DNA of 63,827 nucleotides, the filler included, from Choristocarpus tenellus KU-1152 (lineage: Eukaryota > Protista > Phaeophyceae), in assembly GCA_964200185.2 (NCBI GenBank). It is 6 parts of 6 records of this genome, joined end to end, with 100 filler letters (N's around TTAATTAATTAA, not from the genome) between each part and the next. Parts side by side here need not be neighbours in the genome. Positions count along the whole stretch, not along the records: positions 11,487 to 19,535 come from CAXNAD020005225.1; positions 19,636 to 25,950 come from CAXNAD020008406.1; 4 more parts are not named here. The stretch is one strand, 5' to 3'. Each line of letters opens with the position of its first letter. The stretch's first letter is position 1. Under the pieces are notes generated by a model, which was given only the letters and a program-made list of their open reading frames with translations, was not told the origin of the DNA and did no database searches. The position numbers were made by a program, and so were the translations under genes. This document shows positions 13,830-26,050 of the stretch, piece after piece.

Positions 13830-15121
13830 GATAACGCTGTATTTTTGTCTTGGCCCTTGATAGAGCAACATACATATTTTTTGCAAAAATAAAGAAACAA
13901 GATCCCTCATCGACAACAGATCGTTAGTCTTAACTCTACTTTTCCTTGTGTCTCTGTTCAAGAATGCCCTGTTGGTCTTGCGATCTGCACAACAGAGCGA
14001 TGCATCTCCCCTCTCATTGTGCTTGTTGCACCAGTTTTTTTTCGTGATTTGTCCTATGGAGGAGTGACCACTATGTTCCCAAATTTTTACATTCCAGCTG
14101 ACTATACAGTATTTGAAGTGGTGAACATCACAACACAATTTTAGTTGATAGGTGCACATAACAGGAATTCGCAGGAAAAGAACATACTTGATTGGTAAAA
14201 AAAAAAAATGTTTCCAGTTTCAGTACTTTCTTTTTAGCATGGTGTAGTGTGGTATGCCGGTTTAGAAAAGTTGTGTGTGAACGCAGTCAACCTTTGGCAC
14301 ACAATTGTAAGAATTCAACTTTGGCAAATATGGGAAGAAGGATTTTTGAGTATATGCTGGATGAACACAATATAGGCACAAAACCGGCAAAAAGAAAATG
14401 GCGATTTATCATATACTCTGTGGAATTTGAGCTTCAGAGTATTCGAGGCTGTAGGGATAAGTTGCACGAACATTGACCTTTAGGTTGCAGTAAGATCTCT
14501 GTGTCAAGAGATTGTCTGTGAAGGTGTTCTGTGGGTGATCCAACCTCTTGTGAGGTACAAGCTACAAACATTTGATCTTCCACATCTTTGAAGACGAATA
14601 GTGGGTGCAAAGTACACAAAAGCACTATTTTTCAAGTGCCACCTACACTCGATCGAGACAAACGCAGAAGAAGAACAGAGGGTCTCCATTATGTGCGAAT
14701 TTGAAGCGGTCGTCAAATGTACTTTTTTAATTATCCAAAGGTACAAAGTTTTTAGGAATGGGGGTAGGATATATTGTGAAGGAGCTAAGCGAAGCATTTT
14801 AAGAACTGATGCAAATAACCAAGTGGACTGCGGGTTTTGTTTTGGTACACGTTTTTGGATAGGCAATATGTGAGGACCCCCAAATGAAGTCCGAAGTCTA
14901 TGTTGTTGGTAGTGTTATGAACGCCGTTATGCCTCAGTGGTTGAGGTGGCGACGACCTCCATGAATACAATTGTAATTTGGTTTACATCATTCCTTAGCC
15001 ATGCAGGTTTGGCTTTTTCCCTGACATGTTCACAAAACTTCAAAGGATCTATTGTATTTTGATCATACATCATACAATTAGTAGTAGTAGTAACAATATC
15101 CCATCCTTCCATATCACTCAT
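13830..15121 (-). pseudogene. Highly decayed Pif1-family helicase remnant, probably Helitron-derived
   Basis: One minus frame (15121 to ~14710), broken by two TAA stops, reads LRNDVNQITIVFMEVV (Walker-B-like), TSFGGPHILP, QYILPP and LYLWIIKKVHLT. Further on, another frame gives VVDEG..FAKNMYVALSRAKT (13875-13846; Pif1 motif VI YVALSR). Motif order fits Pif1; no clear Walker A. Confidence 0.55.
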
Positions 15122-15705
15122 TCATCTGAATTGTTTAGATCTTGGTTGATCGCGTTCTGACTTCTGAGGTTAAAAGCGGCATGATGATGAGAGAATGGTT
15201 CCTAAAAAGAGATAATTGCTTCAGTTCAACGTTCCGATGTCGTCTTGAGGCTAGTATAAGAGTTTAGAAATTGTATGATACGTGGTGAGACAAAATGATT
15301 GTGTTATTCGTTTGAATCGGAGTGACTACAATTGCCGACAATGTGTGCAAATTTGATTAGCAAGAGGGTGGAACAGGGTGAGTGAGAGGGATAGTAGACA
15401 ATATGGGGTATTGTACCTGCAAACAACATGGGACCGAGAACTGGTATAGGATGATTTTACCACAGGGGTCATGATGAAGGGCCCCATTATCTAACTTTTA
15501 AAATCCTATTGTCGTATCCGTTTTTAGGTTACAGTGGCACAGGTATACCCGTTCTTGTCCACTACCTTTTTTATGAAAGTAGTTGGAACGTAACCGTCTT
15601 ATCATGATGAAACGGTGCGTCATTCCTGAGGCACCTCGCCTCTCATATTATTCACAGAATTATGCAACAAGCCTTCTTAACCGCGATTAACGGCTCGACG
15701 CAAGA

Positions 15706-17449
15706 ATGGGTATGGCAAATGTCTTGAGAGAGGGGCATGGGGAACCGAAGTCGTGGGTAGAAGCAATTCAGGTATGTTCGTGACTGCCCCCACCATAAGC
15801 GAATATTGCACTACGATCAAAGGGCAACTTATGGCAGCTTACCTCGAATCTAACGCTAGGAGAACAGTGGGTAGGAGTCGACTGAGACATGCCCCCTCAA
15901 TTCCCCATGCCTGCCTTCTCAATCAAATTAGCCTTCTTTGTTGCCAGACGTACCAGCGAAGCAAGAAGTCGCTGCCCTGGAAGTCTGAGGATCTACCACC
16001 CCTGACCTACGTCAAGCAATACGATGTCTCTCGGAAAAGTAGAGAGATCGACCCAGTGCTTATGCGTCACAGGTCAGCAACACCAGCGATTTGTAGTGTG
16101 TTAGTTGACTACGCTACACCACAAACCTTGGCTGCACTCTTTTGAGGAAGTAGTTAGGACGTGTGTAGGACAAGATTACATTGCACTATGGCTTTCAGAG
16201 TTAGTATTTTCCAGGGATTCTTTCTTAACGAACGCAAAACACATTGCTAAATCCACTACCACCCGCCAGGAATCCAGATGAAGAGGCATCGAGAAGAAAA
16301 CGAGAGAAAGTTCGTCTCCGCGATACCTTGAACAAAGCAAAAAATCGACAGATAAAATACGGACAGGTCTACGACATAGTCAGTCATAGGTCACATTTAG
16401 AGGGTATTGAGGGCATGACACAGGTGAAGAGCTATGTTGATCGCCATATTCTCTAGGACAGTCACACCTGTGCCGCCCTCGTAACTATAAGAACACTGTA
16501 AGCTGGGTGGTTGAAACTCAGCAGGCTCCAAGAGGTAAATCACCCTTAAAGCTGCTCTGAGAGAGTTTCCGCCAAATATGGCACGACGCCTCTCTTTTCC
16601 CCCTGCCTGATCTGTCTTGTTTTGATCGTATCCTCCTATCGTCCATACGGCCTTCAAAATAACTTTGACCTCCCACTCCCGTTGATTCTGCCCACTCTCT
16701 GCACTTGGTCATGGAATGACTTCTGTACCAGAGGGAGACACCTAAGATGAAGTATGTTCGACACCCTGACTCCAACACACCATACAACATTCTCAACCAC
16801 GTTCCTCGGGAGAACTCACACTCGCTCAAGCTTATCTACCTGAAGGGTGAGGGGCCTGAGGTGATCCCAAAGAAGGAGGTTGTCATCACTGGGGGCAAGA
16901 AACCACACAGTCACAAGCAAAGGGAAGTTGATGTACTAAGCAACAGGTACATTTTCGTAGTACTTGAGCCCCTCCTGATGCTGTTCATTGCTTATCTCTG
17001 TAATAGCAGTGTCGGCACTTTCTTGTCACCTTTCTGTGTGTTGGCAACAAAATTTCTCCCATCCACCCTCCAGCTTGAATCAGAAGAGAGGGTACTCGTC
17101 TGCTTTATTATCTACTTTGAAGTGTCTAGAGCTCTGGAAAGGCATTACTATGAACAGAACATGTCATAGTCCCAGAAAGATCCAGCCGTGACAAGGTCTA
17201 CACAAAGGCTAGTACCTCGGATTATAACTAGATAATACTTTGTACTATGTCCTATGAAATAATGACTGAACTGTGTTACAAAACGTAGGTCTCCCTGACG
17301 AAATAGTCTGAGTCCATGTGTTCAATTCTTATCTCCATTTTACATTACAACAAGGACACATTCAGCCCCCCCCCCCCCCTTTTTGCATCATTTCAATCAT
17401 GCCAAGACACTAATTTCTCAAACAGTTCCAACTACTACTACTACTACTG

Positions 17450-17484
<35 letters not shown>

Positions 17485-17739
17485 GGCAGATTCCTCTCAA
17501 ACCATGAAGAGCGAGCCCTCCAGGAGAAACGGAGAACACAAGAGCATGCCACAGCGCAGTACCGTCTGACCCATGACTACAATCTCATTGCTGGAGGGTA
17601 CTACGATTGCAACAAGGAGGAGAACTTTCTGCAGACTAGGAAGGAATTGGAGAAAATACAGGGTCAGGCGCAAAAGCTTAGACTCCCACCGAGTATAAGA
17701 TATGGCGAGGGTCAGGTTTTTGACATCATCAGTAAGGAG
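15706..17739 (+). CDS. Uncharacterised protein with repeated (Y/F/V)(D/N)(I/L/V)(I/L/V) motifs, 3' partial
   Basis: Phase-compatible exons 15706-15771, 15948-16072, 16270-16423, 16732-16946 and 17490-17739 form a continuous ORF from MGMANVLREG, containing VYDIVSH, PYNILNH, VDVLSNR, DYNLIAG and VFDIISK. No further exon recognised before the contig end. Confidence 0.8.
17431..17484. repeat. (ACT)n microsatellite directly upstream of a splice acceptor
   Basis: Run ends 2 nt before the CAG at 17487-17489. Confidence 0.95.
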
Positions 17740-19535
17740 GTGCGAGATACTTCCTTGAAATGAAACTGCTTGCGGTAGTGGGTGACAAAGACTTGCTGCC
17801 TGGGTAGCTAATTGGGTTGTCTCTTCAGCGAATTAGTTGTGCCAAGGTAAGGTAGACCAAAGAGGGTGTCCTACATGAGAGCATGTGTGCGGACACGATT
17901 CATTTGCGGAGTTGCAATATTTGGAGCACCTGACCCTCAGAGACCTTATACTCTAACGCACCACACCAATCATGGACATGTTTTTTTTATTCGACTCAGG
18001 TTCATACCCCCAGAGCTTACTACTACTACATTCTTCGGTGGTGTTTTATACTATGTGATGTATATATATATATGTATATATATGTATATATTTGAGCACT
18101 ATAACAGAACAAGCTGAAAGTGTTCAGGGCCAAAGTAAGCGGGAGCGTATTCGAGTTTTGATTGTTTTGCACCTTAAGGTAGGTTTGTTCATCTTCTGCA
18201 AACGGCCCTTGCTCCTATGGATAGAGTGCTAGACTTGGCTTGAGAGCATTTGCTTCTCTGCTTTCTTGATAAATTTCGAGAGGATTCAGAAAAAGGCCCC
18301 ATACGAGTCTGTACAAAAGAGTCAAATTTAGTACAAAATTGTCAGCATCCTTAATGTGCAACCCCCGGACGCCTCTCGCCTTACTTGGCTCTCATTTCTG
18401 CTTGTTGCGAACGGGTTCAACGCCAGAAGAATAGGCTAATCAATCGTAGGGGTTGTGAATTCTGACAATTCAGTCGGGTCGATTTGTTTTAAGATCAATG
18501 AAGAATTGAAATCATAGTAGATACCTTGCAATTGTACAATTGTCCACCTTTTATTCTCTCTTGCATGCTGTGCGATTCACCCCAAACTTCCTCATGGTCC
18601 TCAGCGTTTCCTCATGTCCACCTCGCTGTACTCGGCGTGTAACGCACCTCTCCCCACTGCGTGCCTTGCACGCACTTTGACCCGATTGGATTGGTACATT
18701 GGATTGATTTCAGTTCGATCTATGACACATGCTGCCAGTAAACTCTTTCGTTTCATCGACAATAGTTGGAGAGGTTGAGGGGTGTGTGATTCCTGCTGCA
18801 CCACGTCGCTCCCTGTTTGAAAGTGTTCCTCTGACTCTCCGAGTGGAACGCAACACTACCCCAAAAAACGTTTTGGCTGTGGAAGAGCACAGTCTCATAC
18901 AGCCTCGAGAATTAGTGAGGGGGGTGTTGGTGCCGCAGTGCTTAGGGAAGACCTCAAATAGCTATTCTAAACGTCCTATCCCTACTCCAGGGTACTTTGT
19001 GGCCCATGCTCTCTGTTCCAGAAGACTCACTTCAACCTCGGGGTGAGCATGCTGTAGAAGCAACATCTCGTAGATGTACCAGCAGCACTGTTGCCATTTA
19101 ATCAATCAAGTCCTTCCTCCAGAAAGGGATTAGGGATTCCTCTCCCTCAATTTTATGTATGTAGCTCAAGGAAATGAATGCTTGGGGACATTCACCCCGT
19201 ACGAATGAGTTCTCGGAGCACCAAAACCTCAATCGGTTGATTGATTGATTGATCAACACAATCATTGCTCTGTGACCATGGTGACTCAATGGTGTGTCCT
19301 TTGGGCAACCACGTTTCCTTTGCTTGGCCGTTGGTGCGCCGACCGTCATTTTTTTTTTTTTGTGTAGCAAAATATGCCCTAACCCCAAAACTTTCATCCT
19401 CTACACTACAGAGAATGATAGCACCACTTCTCCATGCACCTACTCCAAATAAACAACATAGAGCAAAAAAGACAGACTCAAAGTAGCTGGGGGGGGGGGG
19501 GGGGGGGGGGGGGGTTGTCCCTTGGGGGGCGATTT

Positions 19536-19635
19536 NNNNNNNNNNNNNNNNNNNNNNNNNNNNNNNNNNNNNNNNNNNNTTAATTAATTAANNNNNNNNN
19601 NNNNNNNNNNNNNNNNNNNNNNNNNNNNNNNNNNN
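19536..19635. other. Artificial contig linker
   Basis: N44-TTAATTAATTAA-N44. Confidence 0.98.
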
Positions 19636-19945
19636 CGTTTTCGCAAAACAACCATCCTCATAGTCCCGTGCCATCCTCAATTTTGAGGATCCTGTACACC
19701 TGGTGTACAACCCATTCACCTTGCCACGTGGAAGACCACTATCGAAACTACTTTTTGTTGAAAAGAAGCCAGGAGTCGAAAGGTTCGAACTAGGTAAATT
19801 GATACGAGTAATAGCCGGCTTAAACACTGACCCACAACCACAAATAAACACTACCATAACATTGCGTGAACTCGCGCCATGATCATGTCCCAATAATGGC
19901 TTAATATCAAATACATGTAGAGTCGATCCCCTTGAGACGAGTAGC

Positions 19946-20545
19946 ATGTGGGAGAGGAGATCTCTCTTGTTGAAGTTGATATTATGCATATGCTTTCTAG
20001 TTGTCAATGAAGCAATTGCGATGACTCAAAGGCGCTCGTCGGAGTCAGTGTTGTGTGGGAGGAACGTGGGGGGCTACTGGGAATGGGATCGACCAAGAAT
20101 GGTGGTTGCTTGCACCCATCATACGGGATTGGGTGCGTGGTCGCTGACTGATAAGCACGCACAGATGGGACCTGTCAGCAGATTCCATGGCCAACTTTTG
20201 TCGCTTCTATCCGCGGGGAGTATTTTGCATGCTGCCATCAAGGTAGCCGCACTGCAAGCGCAAGAAGGGGACGAGGGAGGGTTAGCGGTTGACAAAGTAA
20301 AGGGAGTTATGATTTCTTTCATCAAGGCCTACAAGCGGGAATTGTCTCCTTTATTGCCACCGTCATGCCGCTTCGAGCCTACGTGCTCGGTGTACGCCGT
20401 CGAAGCGATCGAGACGTTCGGACCAACGAAGGGCGCAGTTTTGACAGCATGGCGACTGATGCGATGCAACCCTTTTGCTGGTTATGGCTTTGACCCCCCG
20501 CAGTGGCCACCACCGGCCTGGTTCGCTGGCAAAAAATGGAAGTAG
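19946..20545 (+). CDS. yidD: YidD-like membrane protein insertion efficiency factor (haemolytic domain), probably plastid-targeted
   Basis: Uninterrupted 199-aa ORF. C-terminal [60 protein letters not shown] is the YidD signature. The hydrophobic N-terminus resembles a signal peptide. Confidence 0.92.
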   Translation: MWERRSLLLKLILCICFLVVNEAIAMTQRRSSESVLCGRNVGGYWEWDRPRMVVACTHHTGLGAWSLTDKHAQMGPVSRFHGQLLSLLSAGSILHAAIKVAALQAQEGDEGGLAVDKVKGVMISFIKAYKRELSPLLPPSCRFEPTCSVYAVEAIETFGPTKGAVLTAWRLMRCNPFAGYGFDPPQWPPPAWFAGKKWK

Positions 20546-21940
20546 TTGATGCATCGCACTGGCGTTGACTGGCCCAACGCTGGATAAATGGGGCCATACA
20601 GTGTGGATTTTGCGATGAGGCTCTGTTTCATTCGCTATCCTTTGCTAAACCTATTGGGGCTAATACCAAGATCGCAAATCAAATGTGTCTCCTTGTTCCA
20701 AGAAAATACTGGATATTTGCGTACCTGTATGGAACACACTCTTGGGCATGGTGAACGTGTTGCCAGGGACTGACTCTTTTAAACTTCCACTATACCATTA
20801 ATCTAACCTCATTTTCGATATGAATTTCAATTGACACTGGCGCCTTCGTGCCGCAAATGACGGAATTTGGTCAAGGATTTTTTCTGCAAAACATGATACC
20901 TGCACGACAAGCCATCAAAGTTGGACCCACTCTAAGGTGTATGCAGTCTCAGATGGATGGCATAGATAACTCTTTGTTCATTTCTGGTTTCCGGTTACAA
21001 CGTAACCAATACTTTTTCCCCTCAAATGGATATAAAAATTCACCACCACAGTAGATCCCCCACCAACGGGTAAATTCACCGCTTTCGATCCTGTGATTGG
21101 TTCCTCCAGTTTCTTGAGCACCACAAACTTTTGTATTGTTTTCTGTGGTAATTAGTTTAACTTAGTGCTAGGTAAGAGTAACTTTTGAAGTCAACAAGAT
21201 AGTCACCCTATTGTTTAAATCTGCAGGAAGGTCTGGCTGGTGAGCTTAACCATACCAATGTGCAAAGCAACTGCAAACCATGAACTCTTTTTTCAGTCTA
21301 ATATCTTCTCAAGTCTTTCAGAGTGTGGTGTATATGCTAAAGGAGACAAAATTTGGGAGGATTGGTGCCATCTTGCACAACATTCTTAAAAAAATTAACT
21401 GTGAAGTCGCAATTCAAATACAGATGTGGAAAGCAGGAAGTGTGGCAAGGCATGCCTTGTAGACTGAGGTCCCACTCGTAAAGAAAATAAATTATAATGC
21501 AATGTCAGTATGCTTCTGTAACATCATTTTCCTGTCCAGATGGTCTGCCTCCAGAAACGACCTTGTACTACCCCATTACCAGTTGGCACTAAATCATTTT
21601 GATGTTCAGTGTCATAGAATGGCATCAACAGGATATCGAACTCCAGGAATGGTGGCAGTGGTGGGGTCTTGAGCACATCCCATGCGTTCTCATGGCATCC
21701 AGTGCAGGAGAGGACCTGATGGGGACACACTGTTAATCACATTTTGAACCAGTGGAATCTCACTCTCGGAGAGGGCAGTCTGTGACAAAGTTGCATCTAC
21801 ACTTTTCCATGATGTGAAGCTACCTCATTATGTGAAGGCATGTTACAAATCGCTCTCACCCTCCATGCCACCAAACACCTGTAGGCCCACCTCCTCCTGG
21901 CTCACCACCCACTGGAAGGAGTGATCAGCCCAGGTTAGAA

Positions 21941-23285
21941 TCAAGAGTTACAGATCTCCGTCTCAGTAGAGTGTCCTGGAATAAGACCCCGCCTGAGGAG
22001 ATGAATCTCAGCACTTAAATTTGCTCGGGCAGTAGACTCAAGATCCTGCTTGAACCTTCCTGTGACATAAATTGAGTTCACGCCCAGGAAATCCTCAAGC
22101 ACCTTGGCACGTTTCTCACAGTAGACTGAGTGCGGCACATGGGCATATTCAGAACGGATCTTCCCGATACCACAATGAAGAGGGAGGAAGCATACAAAGT
22201 CGATTCGTAGTGTATTTGTCAGGTATCGATGGTCAACGCATCCTATGACGAAGCTTTAGTGTATGGCAGGGGAAGACACTACAGCACAGGAGGCAGTTGC
22301 GAATTTTCTGTCCAAATTGAAGTATTGAAGCCCACTATGCTGTGATTGATGAGGAACTATTAATACTGATGGGACAGTATCTCCTTGTACCACAACACAA
22401 TTTGCAGGAGGCACATGTAGACCTCGCATATAATCAAGAACACAGGTGAGCCGGGTTAAAGATTAAAATTCACCAAAACCACAACATCGCACCTTCTCAG
22501 CATACCCCATGTAGCCACCACGTTGCCCTCCAAGAACAGCCATATCCAGGTCAATAAATGCTTGCAGATCATTATCATCCGAGTCACTCACGCTGTGGCT
22601 TTTGGTGGCAATGATATAAGAAGTCACAGTGGATACATCGCCAGGTTCTAGTGCCGCTTCTACCGAGAAGTTCTCAAATACGCAAGCACTGTCTTCCTCA
22701 TTTGTCGAGCTCGTCGGGTCGTAGATGAGACTGGGTAAAGTCATGGCAAGGTGTTTTGAGGGTGGTTTAGATTTATATAGAGTTCAAGACCACTAACAAA
22801 GAAACAGTTTTGTCACCGGTTGACAAAATATATAGGCCCACGCACGTATACATCTACAACCCACGCATACCTTTGCTCAAATGTAACAAGAAAGGAAAGC
22901 ATATCGATCAGTGCTCACTCATGAAAAAAAATGGCAAGTTGAACCAACTCTGGACGTGAGAGTTCAAACTCCTTCGAGCCCTCCAACATATCGGCAATGT
23001 GGTCCAGTGTATGATAGTACCGAACAGGCTCCCTGCATACAATTTGATTCAATGAGATTTGCAGAGGGCATGGAGTTAGTCACACAACTGGAATATCAGA
23101 GTGTGTTGCATAAAGAAGTCCTACTCTATCGTCTTTCACATTCTAAAGCACCTGTAACGTTCTTGAACAATATTCCACCACCTTAACGAAACCATTCCAT
23201 CAATGTTGAGTGTTCCGCACAAAGAGACCCAGGTTTTGTGCACACGACTTTCCCGTCCCTCGCAAAATTCCCCTTCAACCTCCAT
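21941..23285 (-). CDS. Predicted metal-dependent HD-superfamily phosphohydrolase (COG4339-like)
   Basis: Exons 23285-23152, 23032-22919, 22730-22493 and 22159-21941 join in frame: RYYHTLDHI...LAIFFHDLIYDPTSSTNEEDSA...IIATKSH...FIDLDMAVLG...YAEKIRSEYAHV...RAKVLEDFL. Confidence 0.88.
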
Positions 23286-23776
23286 TAGGTCATCTTCTAG
23301 TGATCCTTCCAATCTTTTTCACATCAAGAAATAGCGCGCCCAACCGCGCGCACATTTTAACATCAACATTTTGCTTCGCCATACACCCCAATTCAAGTCA
23401 AGGTGGAGAGGCCCAAAGCTCGGCCTCTCCTGTTAGGCATATGGAAGAGGGATCTTGCCATTTTCAGCTTGAACGCTATCTCTGGATTTTTCTTAAGGTA
23501 ATGCCAGTTTGTATATGGTAGGTCGTCATCTCATCTGTTTGCTAACTATTGTACAAGTTTGTGTAAACACTACTTTCGATTTTTTCCTCATCTTGTGACG
23601 ATGTCGCCTGTGTTTTGTGTCATCTCGTACATATGGTCCGCGTCCCTCCTTTAAGACAAAATCTCTTGAAGGGAGTAATCCTCTTTTATAGACTTTTGGG
23701 TTCGGAAGTGAAGCTATTGAAGATTGCCGCACTTCACAGAAGCGATTGATACAGACTCTCAGACTCTTGGGAGAAA

Positions 23777-25271
23777 ATGTCTGGGAGACGGAATATGACT
23801 CTGGCGGACTACAAGTCCAAGCAGGCTCAGACTGGTGGAGTCATATCCTCCTCTGGCCTTGTTCGCCGTATGGGATTCGGGGAGTCAGCTGCGGTTCTCG
23901 AGGTGAGAAATTTGCTCTTCTGTGTGTGCTTGGATTGCGACATGCTCGTTCTTGAAGTTGATAGTTCGGAAGAACATTTGGATCCCTTGTGCTTCTAGTG
24001 CTATTTCCGTGATGGGCAGGCAGTTTGAGCTATAAACATTATGCTACAGTCCATATTTGGTTGCAAGATGCATCTCCTGGCGTATCTTCATATAGGCAAC
24101 AAAACATTTTATTCCCTAACACATCCACAGTCATCAGTTCGCATAGAAATAGGAAACTTTGACTCCAAATTCCTACACAGTCCTTGGTGATTCAGTTACA
24201 TCTGCGCACATTGATTATCTTGGAGAAACTTCGCATAATCTTCATCTCAAGTGCTTGAAGATCATTGTCCGAAGACAGAAGTCATCCATACATATGCCAA
24301 GCAGTTCCATCCTCCCCAATTGTGCCGGTAGACTAGACACCGAGCCTCTTCACATCTTCTTTTAACTGTAATCCCTGGACTACAATATAATTCCTATTCC
24401 ACCCCCAATTCCCCACTCTCGTAATTTTTGTAGAAATCTCTCACTGCCGAGAGCGATGCAACAAAGCAGCTGGAACAGCTGGAACAGCTGCTGAGTGCCT
24501 GCTCTGGCTCAGAGAAGAGTGTTGAGGCAATCCAAGAGTGGCTTGGGGTTGAAGGTCCCAAGGGTCATGCCAGGAGTGGCCTGCAGCGTGTTGTGTGGTG
24601 AGCATAAGGATGACGAACTGTGGTCATTCCTCACTCTCATTACATTCACACTTTTTTTTCTGATGCATTTTTCTTTTCATTGTTTGTAACACCATGATTA
24701 AGTTACCTGTTACTTTTTGATAACCTCCAAGAGACTAGCTGGAATGTTTGAGTGCATTTTTTGCCTTCTGATCACTTGACTTTGGTGATATTCCATGTGT
24801 TGATAAACAATGATAAGGTCATTTTCTAGGCTATTCCCCTAATCTCTTCTGGAGTGTGGTTTCCATGCACTGCTAGTAGTCCTGATATGTTGTGTGTGAT
24901 TTTTCTGAAACAGTATGGGGCTGGAGTCCACCTCAAAACAGAGGCTTCATGGCACCAGTGCTCTCACAATGCGGATCGTTTGTTGGTGTCACCATGTCTG
25001 TAACCTAGACAAGACCATTGCCATGCCGACATCTGGTAGATTTTCATCAACTATTGCGGAAAATTTACCTCAATCTCATCGTGACCAACTCATTAGACAC
25101 CCTCTGATTTTATTCTCCCTCACACACACACCTCATCAAGCTATGTGAGGGCATGGTCTGGGGCCCTTCGTGGTGAAGGTGTTGAGACAGAGACACAGGG
25201 AGGAAATGAGGCAGAAAGTGCGGCAAGACAGGCATTTGCTGCATGCATCAGCGCGATTGCTGCAGTTGACG
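23777..25271 (+). CDS. Unknown protein, first three exons (3' partial)
   Basis: Exons 23777-23902, 24434-24597 and 25141-~25271 have canonical dinucleotides and compatible phases (MSGRRNMTLADYKSKQ...). No family recognised. Confidence 0.65.
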
Positions 25272-25950
25272 GTATTATTCGGAAGTGCTCTTCAGTAGAA
25301 AAGGTGATTTTACACAGGCGGAGAGCAAAAGCCACCCTCAAGCACTTTCTATTTGCAGTAAGAGAATAAAATGTTTTGTCAAAGATGTAATCTTGAAATA
25401 TGATATTTTTTTTTGCAAAGGGAACCTATTTGTGTGTAATTTTTGGCACTCCAGGGGTCAAGGGTCTCTACCTTTTCAATTGGAGTAGGGGAAAGTCTGC
25501 ATTTTGTTGGTTCAACTCCAATACAATATACTAGATCTGACAGTTTTTGCCAATCTTCTTTTCTAGCAAAATGCTTGCGCAGTTCTGTTTCAATTTTATC
25601 TGTTGCAGCACCCACACACTATCCCATGTCAATTGACCACTAAACTTATTTGCTCGCCCTGAAGCTATGCACCACTAGTGATAGTGTAAGATGTCTCCAT
25701 CCTTTTAACCTTCTAGTACGTAGTAGCATGCCAAGCCTTTCTTATGCCTTAACATTTCCCACTGATCCGTTACTACCCTCAGAGGAGAAATCCCCGTGAC
25801 TCTGCATCGGAACTGGTAAGTGCAGCAAGTGAGGTGCTGCCCAGCCTTATAGAGGCAATGGTGGGCCCAGGGCGGCGCCCACGTCCACGTTGCCTCCACT
25901 GGTGTGAGCGGAACAAACTGCGTCAAATTGTTGTATCATGGCGCAGGCGG

Positions 25951-26050
25951 NNNNNNNNNNNNNNNNNNNNNNNNNNNNNNNNNNNNNNNNNNNNTTAATT
26001 AATTAANNNNNNNNNNNNNNNNNNNNNNNNNNNNNNNNNNNNNNNNNNNN
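25951..26050. other. Artificial contig linker
   Basis: N44-TTAATTAATTAA-N44. Confidence 0.98.

Noticed and set aside
18100-19400. Coding-like stretch with several short overlapping ORFs
   Set aside because: No recognisable motif or consistent exon chain; possibly old TE debris but unsupported.
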